A DNA stretch of 64,000 nucleotides. Origin: Alphaproteobacteria bacterium (GTDB lineage: Bacteria; Pseudomonadota; Alphaproteobacteria; UBA828). The position numbers were made by a program, and so were the translations under genes. The stretch's first letter is position 1. Each line of letters begins with the position of its first letter. The notes under the pieces were generated by a model that ran no database searches, was not told the DNA's origin, and worked only from the letters and a program-made list of their open reading frames with translations. This document shows, piece by piece, positions 40,760 through 50,577 of this stretch. The stretch lies in contig CAXXVO010000011.1 in the NCBI GenBank assembly GCA_963422645.2, positions 96,001-160,000 on the forward strand. Direction: 5' to 3'.

Positions 40760-42171
40760 GGTCAAGTGCGAGAAGTGCTGGATATTTTGGTTTGGCGTGC
40801 TGGAGCTGAGGCCTTTGTGCCGAGGCCGTTGGCGGCCTCGTATTCTCGGTCGATCTCCTCTCTGACGGCGCGCATCTGACGACGCTCGAGCTCGCTGACT
40901 CTGATGGCGCGCCAACGCTCGGCGGCGCGGATCATGGCGCCGAACATGAGCTTGAGCACGGCCTTCTCGCCGAAGGCGTTGGGGATGATCTTGAGCCGCC
41001 GGCGCTCCTCGACGAACAAACGCTCGAGGAGGTTCGTGGTGCGGATCGCGCGGCGGTGCGCGATCGGCATGCGCAGATGCGCGATGCAGGCCTCGAAGTC
41101 ATCCATGAAGCAGGCGCCCGCACTCGGCAGTTCGGCCTGGTAATCGGCGACCACACCGCCGGCGAGATCGCGGGCGATGGCGCGGGAGGGGGCCTGGTAG
41201 GCAGCGATGACGCGAGCCTTGAACTCCGGCCAGAGGTCGTCCGGCACCTTGGCAGCCAAGTTCCGCATACGATGGGCGAGGCAGCGCTGGCGCTCCGAGC
41301 GCGGGAAGCAGGTCTCGATCGCCTTGACGATGCCCGGTGCGCCGTCCGAGACTACCAGCAGAGGATCGCCGAGGCCGCGCCTGCGCATGTCCTGGAAGAA
41401 CGCGCTCACCGTCTCGGCGTCCTCCTTGGAGCCCGCCATCAAATGCAGCAGAACCTTGCCGCCAACCCACGTGAAGCCCCAGGCCGCCAATACTGGCTCG
41501 CGCTTCTGTCCGGGCCGGATGCGCTCGGCGATGCCGTCGACGAACAGATAGGCGATGTCGTACTCCGACAGATCGCGGTCGGCGAACTCCTGGTAGTCCG
41601 CCCACAGCCGCTCGCCGATCTCCGAGACCGCACTCCGCGACAGCAACAACCGTCCGCTCTCGTCCCGGAACGCGTCCTCGATGTCGCGCACGCTCAAGCC
41701 GCGAGCCAGAAGTTCCACCGCCAGGTCCTCAAGCGCCTGGGTGCGGCCCTTCAGGCTCTCGCGGATATCCGAACGGAAGGGCTCCTCACGACCAGCGATC
41801 TGCGGTGCCGCGTAGTCCACCAGCCCCTCCGCCGTCTTCAGGCGACCCATGCGCACGCCGTTGCGCCAGCCTTGGCCGGGGGACGCGCCGTGCTCGTAGT
41901 AGTCGCGGCCGAGTACGTCCCGGCTCTCGGCCTCCAGCGCCTCCTCGACAATCAAACGGGTCGCCAGCTTCACCAGCTCGGCACGCCCGTCCGCCGACGA
42001 CAAACGGCCTTCGATCAGATCCGAAAGGGATTCGCGCGTGCGCATCGACGCGGGTACTCTCTTCGACATGGGGTGCCTCCTTGCTGGCGCCGGCGGCAAC
42101 CGGCACCGGTTGGTGAATCCTCAGCGAGGATGCACCCCAACCTAAATTTCCAGCAAGTCTAGGACTTCACC
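40760..42171 (-). mobile_element. IS256-family element
   Basis: imperfect IRs GGTCAAGTGCGAGAAGTGCTGGA / TCCAGCAAGTCTAGGACTTCACC; 9-bp TSD TTCCGGTTG. Confidence 0.92.
40762..42069 (-). CDS. IS256 transposase
   Basis: YLFVDG, VSDGAPG, QRCLAH, RTTNLLERL. Confidence 0.95.
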   Translation of the reverse strand: MSKRVPASMRTRESLSDLIEGRLSSADGRAELVKLATRLIVEEALEAESRDVLGRDYYEHGASPGQGWRNGVRMGRLKTAEGLVDYAAPQIAGREEPFRSDIRESLKGRTQALEDLAVELLARGLSVRDIEDAFRDESGRLLLSRSAVSEIGERLWADYQEFADRDLSEYDIAYLFVDGIAERIRPGQKREPVLAAWGFTWVGGKVLLHLMAGSKEDAETVSAFFQDMRRRGLGDPLLVVSDGAPGIVKAIETCFPRSERQRCLAHRMRNLAAKVPDDLWPEFKARVIAAYQAPSRAIARDLAGGVVADYQAELPSAGACFMDDFEACIAHLRMPIAHRRAIRTTNLLERLFVEERRRLKIIPNAFGEKAVLKLMFGAMIRAAERWRAIRVSELERRQMRAVREEIDREYEAANGLGTKASAPARQTKISSTSRT

Positions 42172-42978
42172 TTCCGGTTGGCCGCCCGAACCCAGAGGTC
42201 CCCTGAACATGGTGGAGAACGATGGCCCTGACTACCATGAAACCCGCGCCCCGGCGATCTCGGTCCGGATGAATCTGGTGACGGGTGTGTGATCCGCCGC
42301 TGCCCAAATACGGCGGCCCCGGAGGCGGGAAGCAACAAATTGTGACGGAGGTGCAGGAGCCTTGCCTCTCGGTGCCGATGCTGGCACAGCGCTACGCCGA
42401 CGAGACACGCTGCATCCGGGACACCGCGTCCCGCAGGCGCTCCCGTCCGTCTCCGATGCGGTCGAGATGCGCGCCGTAGGTCGCGGAATCGTCGAGGATC
42501 GCGCGGCACGCCGGCAGCAGGCGTTCGTTGCGTTCCAGCCAGATCGGCCAGGAGCGCAGCTCCTGTGGCCGGATGTCGAGGTCGCGGGCACGCCAGGAAA
42601 TGGTCCTGTAGCGCAGCCAGTGGCGTCCCGCCGCGCCTGCTCGCTCTCACCCACGGCGTCCTGCCGCGTGCGGTGCGTGGTCCTGGCAGTGACGGAGCGC
42701 AGGTAGCTCCCGGCGCGGGCATGCACCTCGCGCAGCTCCCGCAGCTCGCCTTCGCCGATGCCGTCGTGCTCCGAGAGAAGCCGTTCGAAGGTCCGGGGCC
42801 TGGTCCTGAAGGATGCGGCCTACCTCATCAGCGCGCCGCTCCGGTCGAGGGTCTCGCGGAAGACGCGCACCTCGTCGGGGGCGGCGAGCTTGAAGCTGAC
42901 GTCGGTGCGATAGCGTCCCATTGGATGGTTCCCCTTCGGCGGTTGCGGCGGGTTCTCTCTCTCCATCCCCCGCCTGGC

Positions 42979-43250
42979 TCACGCCAAGTCGCGCCGCCCT
43001 CGCTCTCCTGCGAAGCGGAGGACCGGCGCGAGGCGGGCGGCGAGCGCGGCGGAGCCGAGAGCGACCAGATCGTCGTTGAAGTCACCGCCCTCGGGGGCGA
43101 TGATCTGGGCGACCACGCCCGTCCGTCCGCAGCGCCGGGCGAGGCGTTCCCCCGCCCGCTCCCCTTCGATGTCGTTGTCTCGCGCGATGACGAGGCGGGC
43201 TGTGGCGGGCGGAGGCGCGAACACGCCGAGGCTCCCGGCCGAGAGCCGGG
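42979..43250 (-). pseudogene. Toprim (primase-like) domain fragment
   Basis: LSAGSL...RLVIARDNDIEGERA...PEGGDFNDDL. Confidence 0.7.
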
Positions 43251-44047
43251 TCGTCGTCCCCGCCGACATGCTGGCGGCGATGTTTCAGCAGGGAGCAAGC
43301 TACGAGGGCGATCCGCAGCTCTATACCCACTGCGTGATTTTCAATGTCGTCAGAACCTGCCGCGACGGCCGGTACCGCTCGCTTCACCAGAAGCCGGCCT
43401 ACTTCCGGAAGATGGCGGCGGGTGCCGCTTACCGCAATGCGCTGGCCTGGAACCTGCGGACGCGTCTCGGCATCCGCATGGAACAGTACGGGCCGGACGG
43501 CGCCTTCACGCGGATCGCCGGCATCCCGGAGGCGCTGGTGGCTCACTGGTCGAAGCGGCGAAAGACCATCGCAAAGTCCGGCGGTGCGGGATCGTGCTAC
43601 AAGTTGGACTATCGAGTCAGGGCGCTGGGAGGGGCCAAACGGCATGAGCGCTGGAGTAGCGAGTGCGCCGACTTCGTGGATCCTGGGGAGCTGATCGGCT
43701 CCTTGATCGGGCAGGAGGTTGGACAGCCGCCCGATACCCCTTTTGAACGGGCGTCGTGCACGGATGCCGTGCTCGCGAGGCTGGCCGCCCGCACCGAGGG
43801 CGTCCGGCTGTGCCAAGTCGTCCAGGCAGTGGAGAATGCGGCCGCCGGCCTGTTCGATCGGGCCGCGACCGCGGATATCCTCGCGCGTGTTCTCCAGGCG
43901 GGCATGGTGGTGCGCCGGCAGTGTCGAGATGGGCAACGAACGGCGGGTATGGCGGCAGCCATGATTGCCGGCCCGTTGCGGTGGACGAGACAATGGGAGT
44001 TGAGATCGGCTGGTCGCAGACGGGTCGCATCCGCGTTCGGGGATTGA
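43251..44047 (+). pseudogene. MobF/TrwC relaxase remnant
   Basis: FQQGASYEGDPQLYTHCVIFN (degenerate HxxSRxxDPQLHTH), AGAAYRNALA, IAGIPE...WSKRR; N-terminal catalytic Tyr region missing. Confidence 0.75.
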
Positions 44048-44107
44048 GACGTATGACACTCGGTGCTATATCACGCGGCATGACGGGAAAGGCGCGCGGG
44101 GCTCGGA

Positions 44108-44491
44108 TTGCGCACGTTCAAGACCAAGCCGTTCGGGCGCTTTGCCACTCGCGAGGAGATCGAGGACGGCGCACTGTGCGAGGCCGTGGAGCGCGCGGCG
44201 AAGGGCTTGATCGGCACCGACCTGGGCGGCGGCGTCATCAAGCAGCGCATCGCCCGTCGGGGACAGGGGCGGTCCGGCGGGTTCCGCGTCATCGTGGCGT
44301 TTCGTCGTGGAGAGCGCGCTTTCTTCGTCCACGGGTTCGCGAAGAGCGATCGGGAGAATTTGCGCCCTAGGGAACTCACGGCGTTGCGGTCCCTGGCGAA
44401 CGAGATGTTGGGATTGGACGCCGCCGGCCTGGAAGCGATGCTGACGAACGGGACGATCAGCGAGGTGGACTGCGATGACCAAGCGGTATGA
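44108..44491 (+). CDS. RelE/HigB-2-family toxin
   Basis: DLGGGVIKQRIARRGQGRSGGFR...FVHGFAKS. Confidence 0.9.
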   Translation: MRTFKTKPFGRFATREEIEDGALCEAVERAAKGLIGTDLGGGVIKQRIARRGQGRSGGFRVIVAFRRGERAFFVHGFAKSDRENLRPRELTALRSLANEMLGLDAAGLEAMLTNGTISEVDCDDQAV

Positions 44492-44792
44492 GAGCGAGGT
44501 GCTGGCGTCGGTGCACGAGACGGCTCTGGGCATGACGGAAGCGGGCGTCATGTCGAAGCGGACGATGAAGGCGTTCGACGAGCTGTGCCTCACGCCGGTG
44601 GAGGACATGCCGCCGGAGCGGATTCGTGAAATCCGGCTTCGCGAGAACGCGAGCCAGGCGGTGTTCGCCCGCTATCTTAACGTGACCACGGGTCTGGTGA
44701 GCCAGTGGGAGCGCGGCGAGAAGCGCCCGCGCGGCGCGTCGCTGAAGCTGTTGACGCTGGTGGCGAAGAACGGCCTCGGGGCGGTCGCGTGA
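44475..44792 (+). CDS. HTH (HigA-2-type) antitoxin
   Basis: SQAVFARYLNV...VSQWERGEKRP; overlaps the toxin gene. Confidence 0.9.
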   Translation: MTKRYESEVLASVHETALGMTEAGVMSKRTMKAFDELCLTPVEDMPPERIREIRLRENASQAVFARYLNVTTGLVSQWERGEKRPRGASLKLLTLVAKNGLGAVA

Positions 44793-44899
44793 TGCCAAAT
44801 GCGGCATGCAACGACTGGAGTACGATCGACTCCGGTGACTATCCGATTACGGAATTTGTATCAGAAAAATACTATCAATGATTGCAGTGGGTTAGATGG

Positions 44900-45875
44900 C
44901 TACGCCGCACAAGTATGGCGCAGGTCATGAAGCCGCACGTCGCGCAAGTCGGCTTCCCCGCGGATCCGTCGCCACGTCTCGTCGAGGCCGTTATGGCTGA
45001 GGGGGCCGTTCGTCATCGGCGAAGGGAAGATCCAGCTTGCCGTCTGCGGCACGCGGTCCAGGACCGCGCGGGCGGCAGACGACAGCCAGACCGTTCGCGG
45101 CCCGGTTTTGCTGTCCGGCAGGAACAGCTTGCCCTCCCGCCGGTAGCGCCACTTCAGCGTGCGAACCTCGCTCGCGCGACAGCCGGTCAGCAACAGCAGC
45201 CTGACGATGGCGACCTGCTGCGGACGGTGGGCCTCGAAGCGGTCGAGCACCGCCGCCAGGCTGCGCATCTCCGCCGCCGACAGGAACCGTTCGCGTCCCT
45301 CGCGCCGGTATCGCTTGATGCCCCTGCACGGGTTGCTGCCTTCCGGGCGATAGCCGTAGATCTCGGCCTGGCGCATGATGACGGACAGGATCGGAGCGGC
45401 CCGGTCCGCCGCCGCGGGCTTCGCGTGGAGCGAGGCGAACCACTGCCGCACGTCGCGGCTGTCGATGCCGGCGATCGGGCGGCCCCTGAAGCACGGCAGG
45501 ATATGGTTGCGGTAGTAGTTCCGGTTGACCTTGAGCGTTCCGGGCTTCCAGTTTCGCGCGTAGCGCCTGAAGACCTCGTCGGCAACGGCCTCGAACAGGG
45601 CTTCTTCGGGCGATGCGGGCGCGTCGCCGCCTCGCCGGATCGCGGCGAGCATCGTCGCGGCCCGCGCGGGCTTCATCGGCGCTCGCGCTCCCGGCGCCGG
45701 CGACGGTCTTCCAGATGCGCCGGCCCTCGTATTGGCTGTGGATGAAGTGGCGTTTCTTTCCCGACGGCCAGACCCGCAGGCCGAAGCCCTTCAGCTCCCT
45801 GTCGCGCACATCGCAGGCGGAGTTGCGGGGTTTCAGCGCATCGACCCGGCGCTGGTCGAGCTTCACGGCAGGCAT
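44900..45875 (-). pseudogene. tyrosine integrase with arm-binding domain, frameshifted and C-terminally truncated
   Basis: RDRELKGFGLRV N-terminus; LLLLTGCRASE, LHDLRHT then stop (no LGH/catalytic Tyr); shift near 45665. Confidence 0.85.
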
Positions 45876-45961
45876 GGGCTTTTCCTCCCCCGAACGGTTG
45901 CAGGCGGGGCGGAAACACCTCTGGAATCCGCCCCGATCCACATCTGCGGGAGGAAAAAGAA

Positions 45962-46019
45962 GGCTCAATTCGTGAATCGTAGGCGTCGTGGTAGAATCTT
46001 TCCGGATTCGCCCTGGAGG
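45962..46019 (+). mobile_element. IS1595 left-end remnant
   Basis: diverged copy of 14716-14773. Confidence 0.85.
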
Positions 46020-46132
46020 TGTCAACGCCGGATGAAGATTCGGCCAGAGGGCGGCGCAAGAGACTGCCACTCTGGGTGATGCGTGGTTGTGACGGTTTTT
46101 CGGCGGGCGCGGTCCGTGGAGCCATCCAGAGC
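46020..46132 (+). mobile_element. probable IS21-type end remnant
   Basis: begins TGTCAACGCCGGATGAAGATTCGGCCA, resembling IS21 termini. Confidence 0.45.
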
Positions 46133-47618
46133 TCAAGCTGTCGTAGCGCTTGAGGCGGCCCTTGACCGGCAGGCCGCTATGGAGCCTTTCCAGCGCCGCC
46201 TCGAAGCGGTTCCGCCTGAGGCCGATGATCGCGTTCTCGGCCTTCTTCTTGCCCTCGCTGACGACGTAGAGCCGCGCCTCGCCGTCCTCGCTGGCAAGCC
46301 GCCAGGCGCGCACCTCGTGCCGCGCGCTGGTGATCAGCAGAGCCTCGGGCCCGCCCTCGGGCAGCGGCGGCCTGGCGCCGCGGCTGACCGCGATCCAGTC
46401 GTAGCCCTGCTCGCCCAGCCACGCGACGTTCTCCTCGGTGGCGATGCCCGCGTCCATGACCACCGTGGGCTTCGGCGCCGTGCCGCCGCACACCGCCTCG
46501 AGCCTGACCAGCGCGTCCTCCAGCGTGCCCGGCTCGCTCACGTTGCCCGGCAGGATCTCGCAACTGCGCGGGAAGCCTGCGCCGTCGAGCGCCAGCGCCA
46601 GCGTGATCAGCGGACAGTCGTCGCGCTTCTGCTTGGAGCGCCCGAACCTGGGAAGCTGGCCGTGGGTGTGGCCGTGGTAGTGGACATTGGTGAGATCGTA
46701 AAAGGCGATCGTTTCGGGCAGGTCGAGCAGCGCGCGCTCGCGGTTGAACAGCTCCCGCTGAATGGCGGCCCGGTGGCGCCAGAGCAGGTCGCCGATGCGG
46801 TAGAGCGTCTTGCGCCGCAGCGCCTTGCGGTCGCCCTCCAGCCCCAGGAGCTCGGCGGTCGCGCTGTCGCGGCGCAGCCAGCGGCTGGTGTCACGCTCGC
46901 TGGCGGGATGGACCATCCTGGCGACGATCAGCGCGCTGGCGATGCGCCCGTCGCGGCCCTTGATATCGAGGCCGTGGAGGATGTCGGCGAAGCCGAGGTC
47001 GTCGAGGGCCTTGAGGCACAGGCGCTCGCAGCCGACCGTGCGCGGGTTCTCGTGCTCCAGGGTATCGAGGTCGACGGTGGCGATGTCGGGCTTGCGCGCC
47101 TCTTCCTGTATCGCCTCGGGGCGGAACCCCCTGGCCCTGAGCTTGGCGACGATGTCCTCGGCTGCGGCCTGCACGTCCGGCGCGGCTTCGAGCAGCGGCG
47201 GGCGGCCGTTGAGCAGCGCCTCGGCGAGTCCGGCAACTTCGCGCCATTTCTCCTTCGGCACCGGATAGTCGGTGCCGAGGTTGAGAAGCGTGCGCTGCCT
47301 GACCTTGTCGCCGATGCGCTGCGAGAGCACGAGGCGATGGCTGCGGACCGGCTTGCCTTCGGTAGTGTGGGTCTTGGTTGCCCTGATGAACATGTCGCCC
47401 GGCACGTTTTGGTCGTGGCGGGTTCAGATATGTCGGCTTTGGTGGTGGGGTCAAGGGAAATCCTGCAAACCCACCATTCCCTGGCACTACAAAGGGAGTT
47501 CGAGACGGCAATCGCAAATGTAGGGGCGTGCCCTTCTCGTCAACGCTATATCTGGTGTGTCAGCCGGAAAAACCTGGCCAATTCGGCCCCGAACAAACGG
47601 AAAAAGTGCCAACTTGGG
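46133..47618 (-). mobile_element. second IS1634-family element, 3'-truncated (transposase start 47393)
   Basis: MFIRATKT...QRTLLNLG, FYDLTN, FGRSKQKR, VMDAGIA; end CCCAAGTTGGCAC. Confidence 0.85.
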
Positions 47619-47941
47619 ATGAGAAGATCTCAGGCGGCTTCCGCTCCCTGCAAGGCGCCTGCAACTTCGCCGGAATGCGCAGCGTCATCGTCACCGCTCG
47701 AAAGCAAGGCTGGAACATCCTGCAAATCCTGGCGCACCCGGAACCGATGCAGCTGATCCCTATACTGCGCTCCTGAACTTCTCCGGCTCATCCTGAGTAT
47801 CGCTGTCCTCTCATCTTGTTCGCGACGCGGCGTTCATCATCCTCTCGCGCTCAAGAGAGTAGGCACCCCCGCGGCGTGGGGGCGTTGACGCAAAAGGAAC
47901 TGGCTTGTTCCATAAGAGAGAGGGGGTACCTGGGCAGTTAC
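47619..47941 (+). mobile_element. diverged IS66 3' remnant
   Basis: KISGGFRSLQGA...TARKQGWN to 47776; right IR ACCTGGGCAGTTAC. Confidence 0.88.
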
Positions 47942-48408
47942 GGGAAACCTTTGATCGCGAGGGGACGATTAGTATGAATGTACCAGGAACAAGAGTAACG
48001 CCAAAACTCGCCGTATACGTAGCTAGCGAGTTTTTGAAAGAAGTTCCCGGATTAGTGCCCTCGGCGGATATCAAGTCAGCGAAATGTATTGATGCGAGGA
48101 ACGGCGATGTAGTTTTTGATATTAGGATTCACGTTTAGCCTGACACCTGAGCGGACTATTCGGGCAAGGTCTGCCTTATGGGCCGTCGACGAGCTTCGCC
48201 GAAGGCGGTTCCTCTAGCCTTGATGGACGCGATGATGAGCGTGGAGTGCGCGGCGCAGGGCTATGCCGTCTGTCGCTGAGCGAATGGTGAGGCGTACGGC
48301 AATCCGCCGTCAAATGGTCCGTAGAGGGTAGCCTGCTCGACCTCGGCCGAAGCAAGCTCATTGCCCCCCTTTTGCCAGCCAAGATCGCATTTGAGTTTCT
48401 CGCGCTGT

Positions 48409-49062
48409 GCGGCCGAAGAGCTGGCGCTTGGCCTCCGCCACGAAGGCGTTGCCGGGGCCCACCAGCATGTCCACCGGTGCGATGCTGCCGGTGCCGAGCG
48501 CCATGGCGCCCACTGCCTGGATGCCGCCCAGCACATAGATCTCGTTGGCGCCCGCAAGGTGCTGGGCTGCGACGATCGCAGGCGCCGGCCTGCCCTCGAA
48601 GGGCGGCGCGCAGGTTGCAATGCGCTCGACGCCCGCCACCTTCGCCGTCACCACCGACATGTGGGCGGACGCCACCATCGGGTACTTGCCCCCCGGCACG
48701 TAGCAGCCGACCGCGTTAACCGGGATGTTCTTGTGACCCAGCACCACGCCGGGCAAAGTCTCGACCTCGACATCCTGCAACGCGTCGCGCTGAGCCTGCG
48801 CAAAATTGCGAATTTGCTCCTGGGCAAAGAGGATGTCCTCGCGGTCCTGACCTGGCAGCCGATCCAGACAGGCTTCGATCTCCGCCTCGCTCAGCTGAAA
48901 GTCACCGCGCTCCCAGCGGTCGAACTTGATCGACATCTCGCGCACGGCTGCATCGCCCCGCTTCGCGATGTCGTTCAATGCGTCTTCCACGACGCGGCGG
49001 ACCTTCTCGTCCGCTTCCGCGGCTTCCGCATCGCTGATTCCGGTCTTCAGGTATCGAGGCAT
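48409..49062 (-). pseudogene. histidinol dehydrogenase-family protein (HisD/HpsN-like), 3'-truncated
   Basis: [32 protein letters not shown] then unrelated sequence; about half length. Confidence 0.85.
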
Positions 49063-49132
49063 CGGCGATCCTGCTTTCTGTTGCGCGCCTTACGGCGCAA
49101 GCACGCACGTGCAGCCGAATGGCGGTCGGGGC

Positions 49133-49417
49133 TCAAGTCTCGACGGTGACACCCCGCCAGAAGGCGACATGGTCCCGGATATTCTCGGCCGCAGACTTGG
49201 GGTCGGGGTAATGCCACGCGGCATCGGCGTTGCGCGCGCCGTCGACCTCGACCGAGTAGTAGTGGGCCGTGCCCTTCCAACCGCAGATGGTCGTGGTGTC
49301 ACTCGGCGTGAGGAACGCGCGGTTCACGGTCTCCGGCGGGAAATAGACGTTGCCCTCCACGCTCTCTCACGTCTCGGACTCCGCGATGACCTGCCCCTGC
49401 CAGAGTGCGCGCGCCAT
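49133..49417 (-). CDS. DUF427 protein with in-frame TGA at codon 17 (pseudogene or recoded)
   Basis: MARALWQGQVIAESET*ESVEGNVYFP...CGWKGTAHYY...AAWHYPDP. Confidence 0.75.
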
Positions 49418-49446
49418 GCCGCGGTCCCCCTCGTTTCTCTCGTCGC

Positions 49447-49884
49447 CTACGTCTGCGGCACCCACTTGATGATGTGCTGGGCGACGGCGACGGTCTCGCC
49501 GCGCTGGTTGACCACCTCGATGTCGGAGAGCGCGCGGCGGCGCTCCTCGTCGATCTCGGCGACCGTGTAGGTCACGCTCACCGTGTCGTTGATAAAGACC
49601 GGCGCGGTAAAGCGAATGCGGTCGTAGCCGAGCGAGACCGGGGTCTCGTCGCTCCCCTTCTCGTCGCATCGGGCGATCATCATGGTCGACGTGGTCGACA
49701 TGAAACCGACCAGGAGAGCCCCGTGGGCGATTCGGTGCCCGTAGGACGTCTCGGACATGTAATGCTCGTTCACGTGAAGACCGTTCAGATCGCCGGTGAT
49801 GCCCGCGAACAGGTAGACATCGCTTTCGCCGACGGTCTTGGAAAACGTCACCTGCTCGCCGACGCTCACGTGGAAGTCGGACAT
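49447..49884 (-). CDS. MaoC-family dehydratase
   Basis: FAGITGDLNGLH, RIAHG, RFTAPVFINDT. Confidence 0.92.
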   Translation of the reverse strand: MSDFHVSVGEQVTFSKTVGESDVYLFAGITGDLNGLHVNEHYMSETSYGHRIAHGALLVGFMSTTSTMMIARCDEKGSDETPVSLGYDRIRFTAPVFINDTVSVTYTVAEIDEERRRALSDIEVVNQRGETVAVAQHIIKWVPQT

Positions 49885-49950
49885 CCCTCGCTCCGAGAAT
49901 CGATTGGCTGACTTCGCTCAGGCGCCGCGGGAACCCCCGGTCGCAGACGG

Positions 49951-50547
49951 TCAAAGGCCGGCGGGCTTGCCCCAAGCGTCGGCGAAGACGAATTCGTCGA
50001 AAGGCCGCCGCGTGCGCGCTGAGATCTCCATTTCGCGGAGATCGTCGGGAAGAGAATCCGGATCCCCGGGATAGCCGATGGCGATCCCCGTCACGGGGTC
50101 GTAGCCCTCCGGCACACCGTACACCTCCCGGATCTTGTCCGCCTCGATGCCGGCCATCTGATGGGTCGCGTACCCGAGCTCCGTGGCTTGCAGCACGAGC
50201 TGACAGGCGGTGAGCCCGATATCGTGAACGCAGCAACTGTTGGGCGAATTGTTGTGGTCGAATGTGCGCTTGGTCACGGTGAGGATGAGCAACGAGGCAT
50301 TCCGCGCCCACACCTGGTTGCCCGGCACCAGGCAATCGAGCAGCTGCGCGAAGCGCTCTTCGTCGTCCCTGGTCGCGACCAGGAAGTGCCAGGGCTGCTG
50401 GTTGAAGCTCGACGCCGCCCAACGCGCGGCCTCCAGGAGCGTGAGGATATCCGCACGAGGCATCGCGCGCGGCTCGAAGGCGCGGGGACTCCAGCGCCGT
50501 CGCATCACGTCGTTGATCGGGTGTTCGGCTGCCGCCGGCTTCTCCAT
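49951..50547 (-). CDS. nitroreductase family protein
   Basis: RWSPRAF, AASSFNQQPW, HQMAG. Confidence 0.93.
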   Translation of the reverse strand: MEKPAAAEHPINDVMRRRWSPRAFEPRAMPRADILTLLEAARWAASSFNQQPWHFLVATRDDEERFAQLLDCLVPGNQVWARNASLLILTVTKRTFDHNNSPNSCCVHDIGLTACQLVLQATELGYATHQMAGIEADKIREVYGVPEGYDPVTGIAIGYPGDPDSLPDDLREMEISARTRRPFDEFVFADAWGKPAGL

Positions 50548-50577
50548 GTCCTCACTCCTCCACCATCGGGGCGGTCA

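Noticed and set aside
42180-42980. Overlapping hypothetical ORFs between IS256 and the Toprim remnant
   Set aside because: No recognisable motifs and an internal stop in the most plausible frame; likely decayed island DNA
44991-47405. 804-aa apparent transposase-integrase fusion
   Set aside because: Chance read-through from a truncated IS1634 transposase across IS21/IS1595 end remnants into a broken integrase
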